DNA of 64,000 bases from the NCBI RefSeq assembly GCF_024521635.1, contig NW_026250404.1, forward strand, positions 1,860,001 to 1,924,000, written 5' to 3'. Position numbers and translations under genes: made by a program. The notes below the pieces were generated by a model, which was not told where the DNA came from, ran no database searches, and was given only the letters and a program-made list of their open reading frames with translations. Source of the DNA: Tricharina praecox. Lineage: Eukaryota. Shown here in pieces: positions 12,350 through 24,519 of the stretch (the stretch's first letter is position 1; each line of letters begins with the position of its first letter).

Positions 12350-12380
<31 letters not shown>

Positions 12381-12999
12381 CCACACATCCCACTGCCCCT
12401 CGTGCTGTTCCTTCAAGTCTTCCCTAAACGCTCTCCCCCTTCCTCTTCCTAACCCCCCATACCACTCTTGTTCGGATCCTCCGAATCACTTCTTCCAAAA
12501 AGGAAACAGCTCCACCTCCACAGCAAAAAAAAGTACTTGCTTGGTTACTCTACAGCTGCTTGCCTGCGCTTCGCATTTTCTCCGATAGCGCCGGTCCCGT
12601 CGGCTGGCCCCATATCCTGGTGGTTGCACAATCAACCCACCACGGCCGCCTGCTTCCAGCCAGTGACAGCATTTACGAGACGCACTCATCGCCACAGCTC
12701 CTTGACTGTGGTGCCTGGTTCCTAGGCGGTGTTTCTGTGCCGATCCGAGGGGCTGTATGTAGCTGGGGTTTGCAGCTTCCAGCTGGCACATAAGCACAAC
12801 GCTTCCCTTCCTCACTTTTTGGCAACCTTTTCCAGCTTGGCCAGGCTGCTATACACCACCCTATCCCACCCACCTCCGTGCTTCTTTGGATCGCTGAGGA
12901 TTTCTCGACCCGATGGCCACTGTTCAACGGCCAGCAACTCCTTCGTTTAGGGCAGTCAACACGGTGGATTTCGCATCGACCGAAGTATCTGCAAGGAAT

Positions 13000-15094
13000 A
13001 TGGCAACACCCCGTAGTCGGTTGACGCCACCACCATCAGCGCCGTCAGCCCCGCCAGCTACCACCACCACCACCACATCCACCACCACAACCACCACATC
13101 ATCATCTTACGACTTTCGGTCGCATACCACGCCCACGATAAAGGACGAAAATCCTTCGCCATCGAGAATGTCCTGCACGCTGGAGGACGACGAAGCGAAC
13201 GACCATGACGAGGATCGCGACAGCCTCGAACCCGCCGAAAAGTCCGGGGGTAGTGGCAAGAGCTCCGGCCGGGTGAAGAAAAAGAAAGGAACAAAGTTCC
13301 ACTGCACCGGGTTTGGCTCGTGTAATCTGGCATTCACGAGGAGCGAACATCTAGCCAGACACATACGGTGAGTTCCTTGCCTAGCGTTTCGCCGCGACTG
13401 CCAGCGTGCGCGCGCGCATCTTTCGCGGACCCTGATGGTTGGTCTAGTAAACACACCGGCGAGCGCCCATTCATGTGTCACTGCGGCCGATGGTTCTCGC
13501 GACTCGACAACCTCAGGCAGCATTCGTCGACTGTGCACGCCGACGAGGAGATACCGTCCACTTCGCTCGCCGCGACCGGAACCCGGTATCAACGCCATGG
13601 GCGCCCCGAAAGAGTGCGCCCGAGGTCGAGGGCGCAGAGCCAAAGTGACATCCAACCACCGACGGAGCAGCAATTGCAGCCAACGCCACCAGCAGCGCTT
13701 GGATCCCCCATGGAGGATCGCCGGACGCGAAGGCGACCGGATCCGATCGTGGTCCCTCAGGATGTGGGCCAGGACGAGGGCGCTTTTAACCAGTACAGAG
13801 ATCACACACCCCCAGACTCGCCGATCTCGTCGGTGTCCACATTCAGGTTTGGCGGCGTGTACAGGAATCGCACTGCCACTTATCCCGCCGTCGCGGAATC
13901 CCCAGCTGCCACGCCCACATCGAGTCGGATGGGAAGCACTACGGACAGTCCGTTTGGCAGTCCTAGCGGCTACTCGCATAGGAATTCCGTGGTGTACGAT
14001 GGTACGAGTTCGTCGGTAGCCGCGCGACGGCTTTCCATGCCGCACCCGCCCACGCCGTCATTGTTCGCTGCGCCCCAAGTTTTACCTCGTCCTGGCTATG
14101 CCACCCCCTCCGCAGCCCCTGGGTCGCGACGTGATTCGCTCACTTCCGTCATCGACGACGACCGTCGACGAACCTGGCACATGGGTACGCAGGTCAATCT
14201 GAACTTTCAGAGGGACATCGTATCGCCCACGACTCAGAGCTTTGCACGAACCACGATCCATAGTCCTACGGAGCCCGGCCACCCGCCAATCGGTCAACCC
14301 CGGCCAGCACATACGGATAGGCTGCCCAGTATACATCATGTCCTCCAGGAATTCGCGCCGTCCACTCCCGAGCATCAGCGAGCATCGTGGGCTGGCGATA
14401 TCTTGGAGAGACCGGGAACATCGGAACTCAAGCGGCCCTTCCACGAAGGTATTTCCGCCGTATCCGGGCGTCGTGTGGCACCCGGTCAAGTGAGGTCGAG
14501 CCACGGTAGGTCCGTCAGTAACATCGAGACGAGGAGATGGGGAGGTGGACAGAGCAACCCATTCTCGGGACCTTGGGGTGGCGACCCTCGGGATCGTCGT
14601 GAGGTTTCGCTGCAGCCAAATACGCAGTTGCCGGTTGAGACCAATAGGCATTCGGGATACTTTGGAGGAGTTCTCTCCAATATACCAAGCCCGAGGGAGC
14701 ACCGACATTCGTTTGGGAGCTCGGACTCGAGTGTCAGCGAGGGTCTTGTGACCCCAGTTGCACCTTTACGTGCGCAACCACGGATACTGGGCGAACCCGG
14801 AGATGCTGTGTTCCATACAGAGGTAAGATAGTAATCCGGCTATTCGTCTAACCGCTACGCGAGGCCGTTCCCGAGGGAGACGAACCGTTTGCTGACTCCG
14901 TGCAGAGTCCGGACAAGGACTACATCGACCGTTCCTGCGAGATGACCGGCGTCGAAACCACCGGTCAATCACCGTCTACATGTAACGAGCGGATAAACGC
15001 GGGGAACATGGAGCAACACGCTATGCCACCGGACTTTCCGGTATCCCGACTCGATGCCCTGGTTTCTGCTGCGGCTGTGGCGGCCAAGATATGA
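13000..15094 (+). CDS. nsdC: C2H2 zinc-finger transcription factor, NsdC/Usv1 family (3 exons: 13000-13367, 13448-14822, 14906-15094; about 643 aa; alternative in-frame ATG at 12913)
   Basis: Spliced product [80 protein letters not shown] is the characteristic NsdC/Usv1 two-finger motif. GT-AG introns 13368-13447 and 14823-14905 keep the frame. Confidence 0.88.
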
Positions 15095-16732
15095 GCAACA
15101 CTCCTCTTATCAGCATCCGACGGCTCGGGGGGATGTTATCGCCGGTTTATTTGTTTTGCGTTGTCTTGGAGTACGAGTCGATGCGACGTGTTTCAGGGCG
15201 TCGTACAATGGCCAGCACACCTCATAGGGTTCACATTCGCATCCCTGCGCCATCCGGTGCAAGGCTGCTATCGTCCGGTCTCCGGTACATCAACCTTTCT
15301 CGATATTGCCAATCTGTTTTTTGCCGTGTCCTGTACAAACAACACCTTCGCTTTTTCTCTCCATCTCTTCTCCGTCTATCTGTTTTTTTTTTTCCTTTCT
15401 TGTTTTTTCTTTTTTCCCCTTTCCTTTCCGAGGCGGCGGTGGCGCGGAGGTTGTGTGGCGTATTCGGAGCTTTTTCTTGCTTTGTTTTTGTGCATTTTAC
15501 CTTCTCTCACCGCTACTTGTAGGGTTTCGAATTTTCCGGCGCATCTATCGGGGCGGAGGGCTGTTTTTGTTTTTTTACCTCCATCAACGGTCGTTGTGTT
15601 GTCTGATCTCCATTTTTGTGGTTGGAGAGAGAGAGAGGGATGGAGGGGGGAGGGGGAGGAGGGAGGGGTGACGGACTTACATACGACCATGCTCTATCCT
15701 ATCTGCATCGACGGTGGGCCATGCAACACAGTCTGCTTATTTCTAAGGACTGTCAGGAGAGACGAAACACGAAAGATTTACGAATGGCTTCGACGACTAC
15801 TACTACGACTACGACTACGACTATCACTTTTTACATCTCCTTCTGCGTTCGGTTTGGATTGGGGGGTTTGGTATGAACTGGGAAGGAAAGGAAAGGACGC
15901 TGCATGTTTGATCTCTCATGTTTACTGCGCTGCTGTCTGGTTGTTATTTTGCATGCATATGATGGTCTGGGCGAGGTACGGAAGGAATGACCGGCGGCCA
16001 CAGCAAGGAAACGGCCGGTTAGGGGAGGGCCTGGGGAGACTGTGATTTGGTTCTTTGGTTTACCGGCGTCAAATGGGATTTTTTGTTTTCGTTTTGCTTT
16101 TTGTTTTCTACTTCTTCTTCTTATTCCTCTGTTCCTGCCCCATATCTCTGTCCTGTCTACCATAAGAGGAATTGAAAACTGTGCGTTTTTATTTGATCTG
16201 ATCAGTGATGGTGGTGCTGATGGTGGTGTGGGGTTAATGGCGGGGATGTGGATGGCGTCGAGAACTGGTAGGGTTGCTACTTTGCGGATGCAGGTCGTTG
16301 TCGCTGCGTACATGATCTGTGTATAGTAGAGTGCCTCTGGGGTCGTCTGCCATCCCATCCCCGGCCGTCGCTGCCGGCTTGCGGCCTGCGGCCTGCGGCT
16401 TGATGGAGGTGTGCCTAGATACGATACGGGGGTGTTTCAAATATGGCGGTTTTCTTGGTGGGGGGTTCGGTTCGATGGTGGGATAGTGGGATGATTGTCG
16501 GTGAGTGAGGATTTGTGCTTGTGCTTGTGCTCAGGTGAGCCGTTCATTGCTTTTGGTTTGGAGTCTGGAGGTGTGGTCCGTGTCAACACAGAGCCGCACT
16601 CATGCTGGTCGATGCGGCGGGGGTAGTTAGGGCTGCTAGTTAAGCGAGAATGGAAGAATAATGCTTGTTGAAGAAGAAGAAGAAAGAAAGTTGCGACGAC
16701 GACGCCGCCACCTCTACCTCTACGTCCTCCGA

Positions 16733-16782
16733 CAACGAACAATCTCCAACGAACAATCTCCAACGAACAATCTCCAACGAAC
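16733..16782. repeat. 14-bp minisatellite (CAACGAACAATCTC, about 3.5 copies) just upstream of the IPI1 ATG
   Basis: Direct reading: caacgaacaatctc caacgaacaatctc caacgaacaatctc caacgaac. Confidence 0.85.
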
Positions 16783-16798
16783 GAACAGAGTCGCAGCC

Positions 16799-17824
16799 AT
16801 GACCTCCTCCAACAAAAAGAAGCGTGCGAAGATCGCTGACTTCAAGGTACCCCCCTCGTCCCGCGGCGCTCCTCCCTCCCTCCCGTAGTCCCTAACCCGC
16901 CGTGTGTAGAAACAAAAGCTCCGCGTCGGCAAGACGCCCGCTCAATCCGCCAACTTCACGCCGACCTCCTTCCGCACCAAAGCGATCGTTCTCGCCTCGC
17001 AGAACGTGCACCACGTCGTCGACATAACCGCGCAATTCCAGCACCACGTAACCCTCTTATCGCACCACACGCCCGCGACGCGAAAGGATAGTCTCCACTA
17101 CCTCTCCCTGCACCTCCCTTCCTCGCCGCTCCCCTCAGCCATCCTCCTCCCCAAGCTCGCGCCATTGATCCAAGACCCCTCTTCCAGCGTCCGCGCCGCG
17201 CTCCTCTCCCTCCTCACCACCCTCCCCGCGCGCGACGCGCGCCTACACCTCCCGCCGATCCTGCTGCATATCTGGAGCGCGATCTCACATATCCAGCCGG
17301 ACGTGCGCGCGGACTCGACGGGGTTCTTGCAGTGGGCGCTGCGTGCGGCGCCGAGGGAAACGCTCGCGCACGGGGGGTGGGAGAAGGGGCTGATCATGTT
17401 TGTGGGACTTATGGGGTTCGGTGATGCATCCGTTGCGGCCGGGTCGAAGGGCGCGAAGGCTGTCTTGAGGCATTTGGGTGTGTTGAGGGAGTTTTTGGAG
17501 GTGGGCTGTCCTGGCGAGGGCGAGGGGGGCGGGGACGGGGGGAGGGTAAGGGGGGTGGGGGGATTGCATTGGAGTGCCGCAGTGCAGTTGAGGAGGGCGG
17601 GGGCGGCGGAGTTTAGGTACTTGGGCTTGTTTGAGGTGGGCGATGGAGAGGGGCCGGAGGATGCGGAGGGCAGGAGGAGGTGGTGTAGGGAGAAGGGGGG
17701 CGAGGCGGTTAGGAGGTTGAGGAGGGGGCTGGATGGGCTTGCAAAGGAGGGGGGAGAGGTCGGCAGGGCGGCCGGGAGGGTTGTGGCTACGCTTGAGGGC
17801 GTGTTGGAGGTGAGGGAGGAGTAG
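16799..17824 (+). CDS. IPI1: Pre-rRNA processing protein Ipi1 (Rix1 complex); exons 16799-16846 and 16910-17824; 320 aa
   Basis: Spliced N-terminus MTSSNKKKRAKIADFK|KQKLRVGKTPAQSANFTPTSFRTKAIVL and LSHHTPATRKDSL...SAISHIQPDVRADS match the Ipi1/TEX10 N-terminal family. The intron is GT-AG with a CTAAC branch. Confidence 0.9.
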
Positions 17825-18425
17825 GGAGAGGGTTTTGTGGATTATACGGCGTTTTGGGTTTTTAAAATGGAGGTTTTGAGTGGAAGGTGATGGTCATGGC
17901 ACTTGCACGGCGAGCGGGAGATGTGCTGAGTGGGGTAGAGGATTGGCTATAGATACGCAGTTCAAAGACTCTAGAGCATGAAGGCTGGTCCCGTAAGGCC
18001 CTGATCAAAGACCGTCTTCATTCCCAGGCCCATTCCTCATCAATATGGCGAGAGCCGTGGCCGCTCGTTGCTACGGGTTCGAGTGACGTTGCATGACACT
18101 ATCCGCAAGTCGACGAGACGCCGATCGTTGCGTGGAGACACAGCGGACGGCGGAGGGAAGATGGCCGCTATTACATAAGTGTACGTAGGGTGGGTGCATG
18201 CACCTTGATGGATTCGGGCCAGGAACAGCCCAGGGAGGAGCCTTGAGCCTTAAGCCTTGAGCCTTCTCGCTGCAGTGTATTTACTTCCATGCCACGACAA
18301 CCGGCAGCACCACCAGCGCCGGCACTATTATTACCTCTCCAAAGCACAGCGGCCGGTCCGCTGTAGCCCCCCTCCTCGTCTACTTGCTCCTGTTTCCTTC
18401 GTCCACTCCACCGCAGTGCAGAGCA

Positions 18426-19340
18426 ATGTCCTCCCCCTCCCCACAGCTCTCATTCGTGACTGCGTCCTGCGCCTCCTCCACCTCCTGCGCCTCCTCTGCC
18501 TCCTGTGCCTCGGGCACATCCAGCTCCCACCTCCGGCGCTCCTACCCCAAGTCCGCATACCCGCCCATCCCACCCATCCCACCCATCGTTCCCGACTCTC
18601 ACCCGCACCCGCACCTGGAGGACCCGGGGGACATCCGCCAGCTGCTATGGCCCGCCGAGCGGCTGCCGTACTACAGCAGCAAGAGCGGCGCGTTCCTGGG
18701 GACTATCAACGCAAGGATGAGGTCACGCCCTACCACGCTCACCGCGAGAGCGACGCAGCGCAGGTATGCGCACGCCATATTGGAGAGTATGCCGGTGGAT
18801 GGGAGGGATCCGATGTGGAGGGAGGGGGTTGCGGGTGCGGCCTGTGCGGCTGCGGGTGGGGACACGGGACTGTGGGATTCCCCCGATGAGCCGTTTCCCG
18901 AGGAGGGGGTGGCGGCGCAGTTGAGGCAGTATGGGGAGGTTCGTTCCTTTTCTTCTAATATATGGGTGGTGTGACGCTGATGATAACGCAGATGTTTGCC
19001 TACCTCTCCCGCCTATACGAGAATGCTTTGAACTGCCCTCGGCAGCTCAAGCGGGCCGAGCAGATTGTGCGGCGAGGCCGCGAGATCCTGGCGGCTGTGC
19101 GGCTGCTGGCCGGACAGCCACGGAGGAATCATCCGCCCGCTGGAGGTACCGAGGCTAGGAATACGAGTGAGGTTTCGCTGTGGGGCTGGCAGCCGCATAG
19201 GGAGATTGAGCTGGCGGAACGCGTCTGTGAGCGACGAAGGCTTAGGGCGGCGGAGGCTAGAGCGAGTGCTAGGGAACAGAAGACCCTGAGTAAACGCGGG
19301 CCGCCGAGGGAGTGGAAACTTAAACCTTCGTCTTCGGTTG

Positions 19341-19406
<66 letters not shown>

Positions 19407-20491
19407 GTGATGTTGGTGGTGCCGTGCAGGCGGAGGAGGGCAGGGACGATGGGGGAAACGAGGCGGGGGAGGGAAGGCAGAAGACCTGGGCTGAGGAAGA
19501 GCTGGAGCGGTCCAGAAGGCGGAGGGCGAAACTCGCAGCTGCGGTGACTTCGGACGAACCCAACGGCATAAACCTTCCTCTCCTGTATGGAGGCAACGAC
19601 AGTAAGACCGAATTACCTGTTGACCAACGCCCTCCAATCCTCGTCTTCCCTCGACGGCCGGAGCCCATTCATTGGACTTATCCCAATTGGAACGACGGCT
19701 GGGACATACCTACGCTCAGGCTACCGCCGCCTCAGAACGAAAAGTATACCACCGCAGTAGTATCGTCTGGAGATCGGTTCCTGAGGACCCACACCATAAA
19801 AGATTCGATCGAATGTTTATCCATACCAGCGTATCGCCGGCCAATTTCGGAGCCCGTATCACCGAAAACGGTGCCGGTTACTTCTCCATTCACCACCACC
19901 ACCGAGGAATCCAGCTCGAATTATGCGACAACCGATAGCGAGCAAATAGCCCTGGCCGCGAGCCTATCCCCGATCACAACGCCATCCACGACGAACCAGA
20001 CATCCTCGAGCAGCAACTCGATGGGTTCCGGGAATCCAACACTGCGCAAGTTTCGAGCCGCTTTCAAAAGCGTGTTCCCAAATGGCCAGAAACGTCTTCC
20101 CTGGGCATCAAAGCGAGGTGCCGCTTCCCTTCAGCCGTCTGCGCCGATGGCCGTTTCGCCGCAGGAGGAGGAGCCTACGAAAGTCACCGAGATTACGTTA
20201 CGCTCGAATAGAACCACCACCTTGGAAAGAGTCGACTCACTAAGCGGGACAGACCGTAGCGAAGGGGAGAAACTGACAAGGACCGAGAGAGAATACCAAG
20301 AGATCTTGGAGGCTCTACGAGGAACGAGGCGGGAGTTGATGGTGGAAAGAGCTGAACGGCGGAGATCGAGAAGCCGAGGCAGACGGTTGGAGCGGGGACG
20401 CAGCATTTCGAGGAGCAAGAGCAAGGAAACCGTGAGGCAGAGCCGGGAGACTGTCAGGTGGTGGCTGGGAGAGGTGCATCTGGCGGAATAG
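18426..20491 (+). CDS. Hypothetical protein, about 670 aa; exons 18426-18938 and 18992-20491; poly-Asp tract and Arg/Ser-rich C-terminus
   Basis: Two long ORFs joined in frame by a GT-AG intron (18939-18991, CTGAT/CTAAT-type branch). No recognisable domain. Confidence 0.65.
19343..19405 (+). repeat. (GAT)n microsatellite, about 21 units, coding poly-Asp
   Basis: Perfect GAT run inside the CDS. Confidence 0.95.
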
Positions 20492-20819
20492 CTGTGACGG
20501 ATGGTGTCCGAGGCTTGTCCATACGCAGTTGCGGTTGCTAATGCTTTAGGTGTTGACGGGTGTGGGGATGGCAGCGCAGGTTTCCTAGTGGCCGGGTTTG
20601 GCTGCAGGTTAGGTCTGCATTTGGGAGTGGCTTTTGGCAACGCCTCTTTTTTGTACAGAATTGAACGGCGAGTTCATCCAAGTTCCAACTTGGAGCTGAA
20701 GCTCCGTCGAACTCCCCGTGAAGCTGCCCGCGTATATGTCGGCAATCATTGACACATCTCTGAGACACCTGTGCTAGGTATCTCAATCGAGATGGCCCCC
20801 CGCCTGATTCGCCCCCACC

Positions 20820-20956
20820 TCTGATAAGCGGGTTAGTTATCGATAAAGGCGGATCACCCCGCGGAGAACGCAGGGGCCAGATCGAATAAGGCTGTCCGGT
20901 AACTAGAGTAGCACGAAACTATTTCACCATACAAGTAACTATCTCGAGTTTATCTA
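20820..20956. promoter_or_regulatory. Cluster of HGATAR sites upstream of formamidase (candidate AreA/Nit2 nitrogen-control sites)
   Basis: TGATAA (20822), overlapping TTATCGATAA (20837), CTATCT (20939) and TTATCT (20950), 650-780 bp upstream of the ATG. Aspergillus nidulans fmdS is known to be AreA-dependent. Confidence 0.5.
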
Positions 20957-21265
20957 CGCGACGCGGATACAATCCCTCAAGGCACACAAGAGACGGGTAC
21001 ATATAATCGGCCTGTGATTAGACCTTGCCATTATACAATTCCCTCTGCGTAGCCGTCGGCGCGTGGCCATTGTATCATCCGTCGTCATGGCGCCGGCGGA
21101 ATGGATCTGCTACTGTCCTGTCCCGCCGGACCGAACACCACGTTACGCCTCGTTAAGTGTCGCTCCAAGGCAAGGCATGTCACACCATCGTTGTATGTGA
21201 CTTGTATCCGTTGCACGCGTGGTACGGCGTTGCCGAGCCTTCCGCCCACCCCGCAACCACGATAC

Positions 21266-21267
<2 letters not shown>

Positions 21268-21323
<56 letters not shown>

Positions 21324-21324
21324 C
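21268..21324. repeat. (CTGC)n tetranucleotide microsatellite, about 14 units
   Basis: Perfect CTGC run in the formamidase upstream region. Confidence 0.95.
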
Positions 21325-21603
21325 CCCGCATCTGAATCCGTCACATGTGGTTGTGTGAAAGCTATGGCTAATGGATGGAGGGGAGATCAACATCCTGCCG
21401 GTACCCTACCTATCATGTCGGATATCTGCGAGCTGGGCAACCGTCGATCGCTGCCCAGCGACAGCTCGAGGAGAGGGTACTTAATGCTTCCAATGCCTTG
21501 AGATATCCAGTTCCCATCCCTCATCTCATCTCATCTCATCTTGTCTTGTCTTATATCGAATCCTTGATTTCATATCCAAATTCCTACCTAAACCATCTTC
21601 ACA

Positions 21604-23122
21604 ATGCCTGTTGGACCCATCCGCACCGCCCTCAAAGTCGACCTCGACAAGCCTGCGCCCTCGCAGGCGGGCCTCCACAACCGGTGGCACCCGGACAGTG
21701 AGTACCCTCGTCCCCAAGTATCCTTTCTCCTCGCTGACTCAGCATAACGCAGTTCCCTTCGCGGCGACCATCCAGCCCGGCGAGGTAGTGACGATCGAGT
21801 GCGTAGACTGGACCGGCGGACAGATCAAGAACGACGACTCAGCCGACGACGTCCGCGACGTCGACCTGAGCTGTGTCCACTTCCTCTCGGGGCCGTTCGA
21901 GATTCCTGGCGCGGAGCCCGGAGATATCCTCACCGTTGAGATCCAGGATGTTCAGCCGTTCGCGGAAAGACCCTGGGGCTTCTGCGCGGTGTTTGATAAG
22001 AAGAATGGTGGTGGGTTCTTGGATGAGGAGTATCCCCAGGCTGCTAAGGGTATGTGACCTCGAGGAGGGGGGTGTAGGGGGGGGGGATGGCGGATGGCTG
22101 ATGACTGGTGACCCTATAGCTATCTGGGACTTCGAGGGCATCTTCTGCAGCTCGCGACACATTCCCGGTGTGCGGTTCCCGGGATTGATCCACCCCGGTA
22201 TCATGGGGTGTGCGCCGTCGACCGAGCTCTTGGCCGAGTGGACCCGTCGGGAGAGTGAGCTCGTGGCTACCAGCGAGCTTGCGAAGACCCGTGATGTCGC
22301 GCTGCTGCCCGAGCCAAAGAGCATCCATGCCGGCTCGGCAACCGGCGAGTTGAAGGCGAAGATCGGTGCCGAGGGTGCTAGGACTATCCCCGGTCGTCCT
22401 GAGCACGGTGGTAACTGCGACATCAAGAACTTGTCGCGTGGATCGAAGACTTACCTGCCTGTGCACATCAAGGGTAACTACCCCCGCTACCCCTACCATT
22501 GAATTGCCACCGAACTGATCACGTCCTCCACAGGCGCCGGCTTCTCCGTTGGAGACCTCCACTTCTCTCAAGGCGACGGTGAGATCTCGTTCTGCGGCGC
22601 GATCGAGATGGCCGGGCGGATCACCGTCAAGTTCGACATCGTCAAGAATGGCATGGAGACGCTGGGGATGAAGTCGCCGGTGTACATCCCGGGGCCGGTA
22701 GAGCCCAACTTCGGCCCCGGCCGCATGCTCACGTTCGAGGGCTTCTCGGTCGATTCCGCTGGAAAGCAGCACTACCTCGACGTCAACGTCGCTTACAAGC
22801 AGACTTGCTTCAGGGTCATCGAGTACCTTAAGCGCTTTGGGTACAGTGGTGGTGAGTTGCCTTCTTTCTTCCTTCCCTCCCGCCGAGTAAGACGGATGTA
22901 CAGGTACTGATCATGTGGGCAGAGCAAATCTACCTCCTCCTCTCGTGCGCCCCCGTGCAGGGCCACATCGGCGGCATCGTGGATATCCCCAACGCCTGCA
23001 CGACCATGGGCCTGCCCATGGATATCTTCGACTTTGATATCTCGCCTGCCTTTGCGTCTAAGAACGGCGGTGTCACGAAGATGGACCTCGGAAGCTGCGC
23101 GTACACTAGTGATCGCAAATAG
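21604..23122 (+). CDS. fmdS: Formamidase (FmdA/AmdA family); exons 21604-21697, 21753-22049, 22120-22473, 22534-22851, 22923-23122; 420 aa
   Basis: Motifs LHNRWHPDIP, IECVDWTGGQIKNDDSADDV, IHPGIMGCAPS, ARTIPGRPEHGGNCDIKNL, GDLHFSQGDGEISFCGAIEM and VDIPNACTTMGLP. Four GT-AG introns give a continuous frame (1263 nt). Confidence 0.95.
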
Positions 23123-24519
23123 GCGGCGGCGGTGGGAGACGTGGTGAATCGTGTACTTTAGCAAGCTGTGTACTTATCTACTTACCCCATTGTACTTTGT
23201 ATCGCTTGGATTGTATCTTTTGGATCTTCCTATACCATTGATGGATGCTGTGCGATCGAAATCATGTGCCAACTGGGGGCCGTGGGGACTGAGGAATTGA
23301 GTCGTCCTCGAACGGTGCGAGTGACGCATAGTGAATGCGTGTGTACAGTCCGTAGTTGACGCTGGGGGACGGATAGGTTTCACAGACGCCTAGGTGTTTC
23401 GCCCCGCCCCTGCTATGAAGTGAGGGTGAGTGCATCACCATCCAACCCGTTCCCGATCCATCCGCCCACGAACTTAAGGCGCTGTTTTCACCACTCATCT
23501 ACCCAACCAAGGAGTTCACACCGTCTGCCCGCTCTTTCAATTTCTTTCAATTGTCCAGGAGCACTGGAGTACCGGCCCCTGTGTCCTCTCGAGTCTCGAG
23601 TCGGTTTCGAGTGATCAAGTGCACTCTCCCAATGTGTACTATGCACACGGTGGTGGATCATGGTGGGTCTATGGCTCTATGCCATCGAGATTTGAAAATA
23701 GAAGTGTGGCAGTGTATGTAAGCTTTAGGGATGACACGATTCAAGCACATACCTACCAGGTACTTGGTATGCACCATAGGGCCGTCGGCCATCAATTAGG
23801 TACATGCATACGTTTTGTTCCCCGAGCCTCAGATAGGTAGAGGATACTACATACGACAGAAAAATAAGCCGGACTGGGTGAAAGAGGCTGATTCTGGTGA
23901 GAAGCCAGGGACAATACTAAGAAGCCACAAAGGCTGCTTATGTTTACGGCGACGATGCGGAAGGACAGAGAACAGTACACTACAAAGAACCAGTGACCGG
24001 AATAGGCAAATAGACGCCTGATAACCGACAGCAACAGACCGCGGTAGGGAATGATGCCCTATGATGGACGGCCCGTAACGACGGCGCGGGCAGACATCGG
24101 ACAACACTATCTTCGGCTGGAGACTAACTACTGCAGCAGCACAGTCAGATTGGGCCAGGCCCGGATAAACTCTTTCCGAATTCCGAGCGGGAAGACTGAG
24201 AAGTGGCGAGGTCAACATATGTGGCTTGTTTTTGTTTCATCGTTTCTGCTGCGTTCGGGCGGTTTCGGCCAAAGCAGCTACCGGTATCAGACATATGAGT
24301 TCTAACCCCGCCTCCTCCTCTATATCAGAGGGCCGGAGCACCCTCATCACTCCCCGGCAGAAGAAAAACCGCTTTAGGTATACATGTTATTGGAGACGAA
24401 AGAAAAGCTCCGGCTTCTACTCCCTGATTTCTTTCCCGAAATATTTCCCGCCCTCTGTCCTGTCAAGCCGCCGCCTTCCGGTGGGACCGTGCTGCTGACG
24501 TCGTCACTCGTCCAAGATC

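Noticed and set aside
2016..12900. Many 60-250 aa ORFs in the six-frame track (poly-His, poly-Val, poly-Pro etc.)
   Set aside because: They arise from microsatellites and GC-rich low-complexity DNA, mostly have non-ATG starts, and show no domains or splice-consistent models.
13107..14708. Long antisense ORFs opposite nsdC (and similar ones opposite formamidase and the ABC transporter)
   Set aside because: These are the expected shadow ORFs of GC-rich codon usage, with no independent coding signal.
15679..15690. ACATACGACCAT resembles the 5' end of fungal 5S rRNA (similar word at about 41839)
   Set aside because: The match stops after 12 nt; the remaining 5S sequence and internal boxes are absent.
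5..17824. Fhl1-like factor and IPI1 as a ribosome-biogenesis cluster
   Set aside because: They are 15 kb apart with an unrelated gene between them, and no shared motif is seen.
18040..18095. GGTTCGAG T-loop-like word suggesting a tRNA
   Set aside because: I could not build a T-stem, acceptor stem or D-arm around it.
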